From contig OX597822.1 in the NCBI GenBank assembly GCA_951406725.2, positions 24,180,001 through 24,244,000 of the forward strand: a stretch of DNA of 64,000 nucleotides. Reading direction: 5' to 3'. The DNA comes from Octopus vulgaris (taxonomy: Eukaryota). Below the pieces are notes generated by a model that had not been told where the DNA came from, did no database searches, and saw only the letters and a list, made by a program, of their open reading frames with translations. Made by a program: the position numbers and the translations under genes. Shown in pieces: positions 63,095 to 64,000 of this stretch (positions are counted from its first letter, which is position 1; every line of letters starts with the position of its first letter).

Positions 63095-63868
63095 GGCACA
63101 AGTGTGGCTATGTGATAAGAAGCTTGCTTCTCAACCAAATGGTTCTGAGTTCAGTCTTACTACGTGATACCTTGGGCATGAGTCTTCTATTATAGCTTCG
63201 GGCTAACCAAGGCCTTCTGAGTGGATTTGGTAGATGGAAACTGAAAGAAGCCCATTGTGTATGTGTATATACATATATTTTTTTCTCTCTTTGTCTCTCT
63301 CCTTGTTTTTTCTGTGTCCCTTTCATTTGTTTTGTACACTACCTCTCTTCATCTTTTGTTTTTTTCATAAACTCTCCTTATATATATATATCCGTGCCGG
63401 TGGCATGTAAAAAGCACCATCCGATTGTGGCCGTTTGCCAGCCTCGTCTGGCACGTAAAAGCACCCACTACACTCACGGAGTGGTTGGCGTTAGGAAGGG
63501 CATCCAGCTGTAGAAACACTGCCAGATCAGACTGGGCTTGGTGCAGCCTTCTGGCTTCCCAGACCCCAGTTGAACCGTCCAACCCATGCCAGCATGGAAA
63601 GCGGACGTTACATGATGATGATGATATATATATATATATATATATGTATGTCTTTGTGTCTGTGTTTGTCACACCATCACCGCTTGACAACTTGTGTTGG
63701 TGTGTTTGCATCCCCATAACTTAACAGTTCAGCAACAGAATCCGATAGAATAAGCACTAGGCTGAAAAGAAAAATTAAGTCCTGGAGTCAATTTCTTCGA
63801 CTAAAAAAACCCTTGAAGGCAGTGCTCCAGCATGGTTGCAGTCAAATGACTGAAACAAGTAAAAGAGA
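63095..63868 (+). mobile_element. Family A SINE with a family C element (63393-63624) inserted in its internal (TA)n
   Basis: Family A head 63095-63260, C element between TA tracts, family A tail 63650-63868. Confidence 0.8.
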
Positions 63869-64000
63869 CAAAATCAATGAGATGGTCACAGCTGGAATAC
63901 CTTTGATCTTAAGTATGCTCAACTGCAACTGTGCTGGCACTAAACAATGACAAAATCATTATTATAACTCAGTTCTGTTTATTGTGTAACTGTGATTGAA

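Overview
Eukaryotic, AT-rich, repeat-dense animal DNA. The SINE complement is what I recognise from octopus (coleoid cephalopod) genomes; this is an inference, not a search result. The only host gene I can support is the 3' half of a TBC1D24/skywalker ortholog on the minus strand: five GT-AG exons at 59421-59512, 51624-51836, 32317-32475, 28198-28409 and 25375-25510 join in frame into the end of the TBC region, the linker and a complete TLDc domain. The upstream exons lie beyond the window. The most interesting signals are in its introns: a frame-preserving 78/81-nt cassette exon (41414-41491/4) followed by a dense YUAAY cluster; a TTTCAG|GTAAGT site (33923) readable as an 18-nt microexon, a poison exon or a recursive splice site; and a CpG-retaining island (about 54-60 kb) with a perfect YY1 motif and candidate first exons that could give a TLDc-only isoform. 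The rest is transposon-derived: several tRNA/CORE/RTE-type SINE families, Tx1/L1-, CRE- and RTE-clade LINE relics, a solo LTR, mariner relics, Tc2-, hAT- and piggyBac-like MITEs, GG...CC foldback elements with 8-bp TSDs, and a decayed Penelope-type hammerhead. Almost all ORFs in the supplied track are spurious. Repeat boundaries are read by eye and are approximate unless a TSD is quoted.
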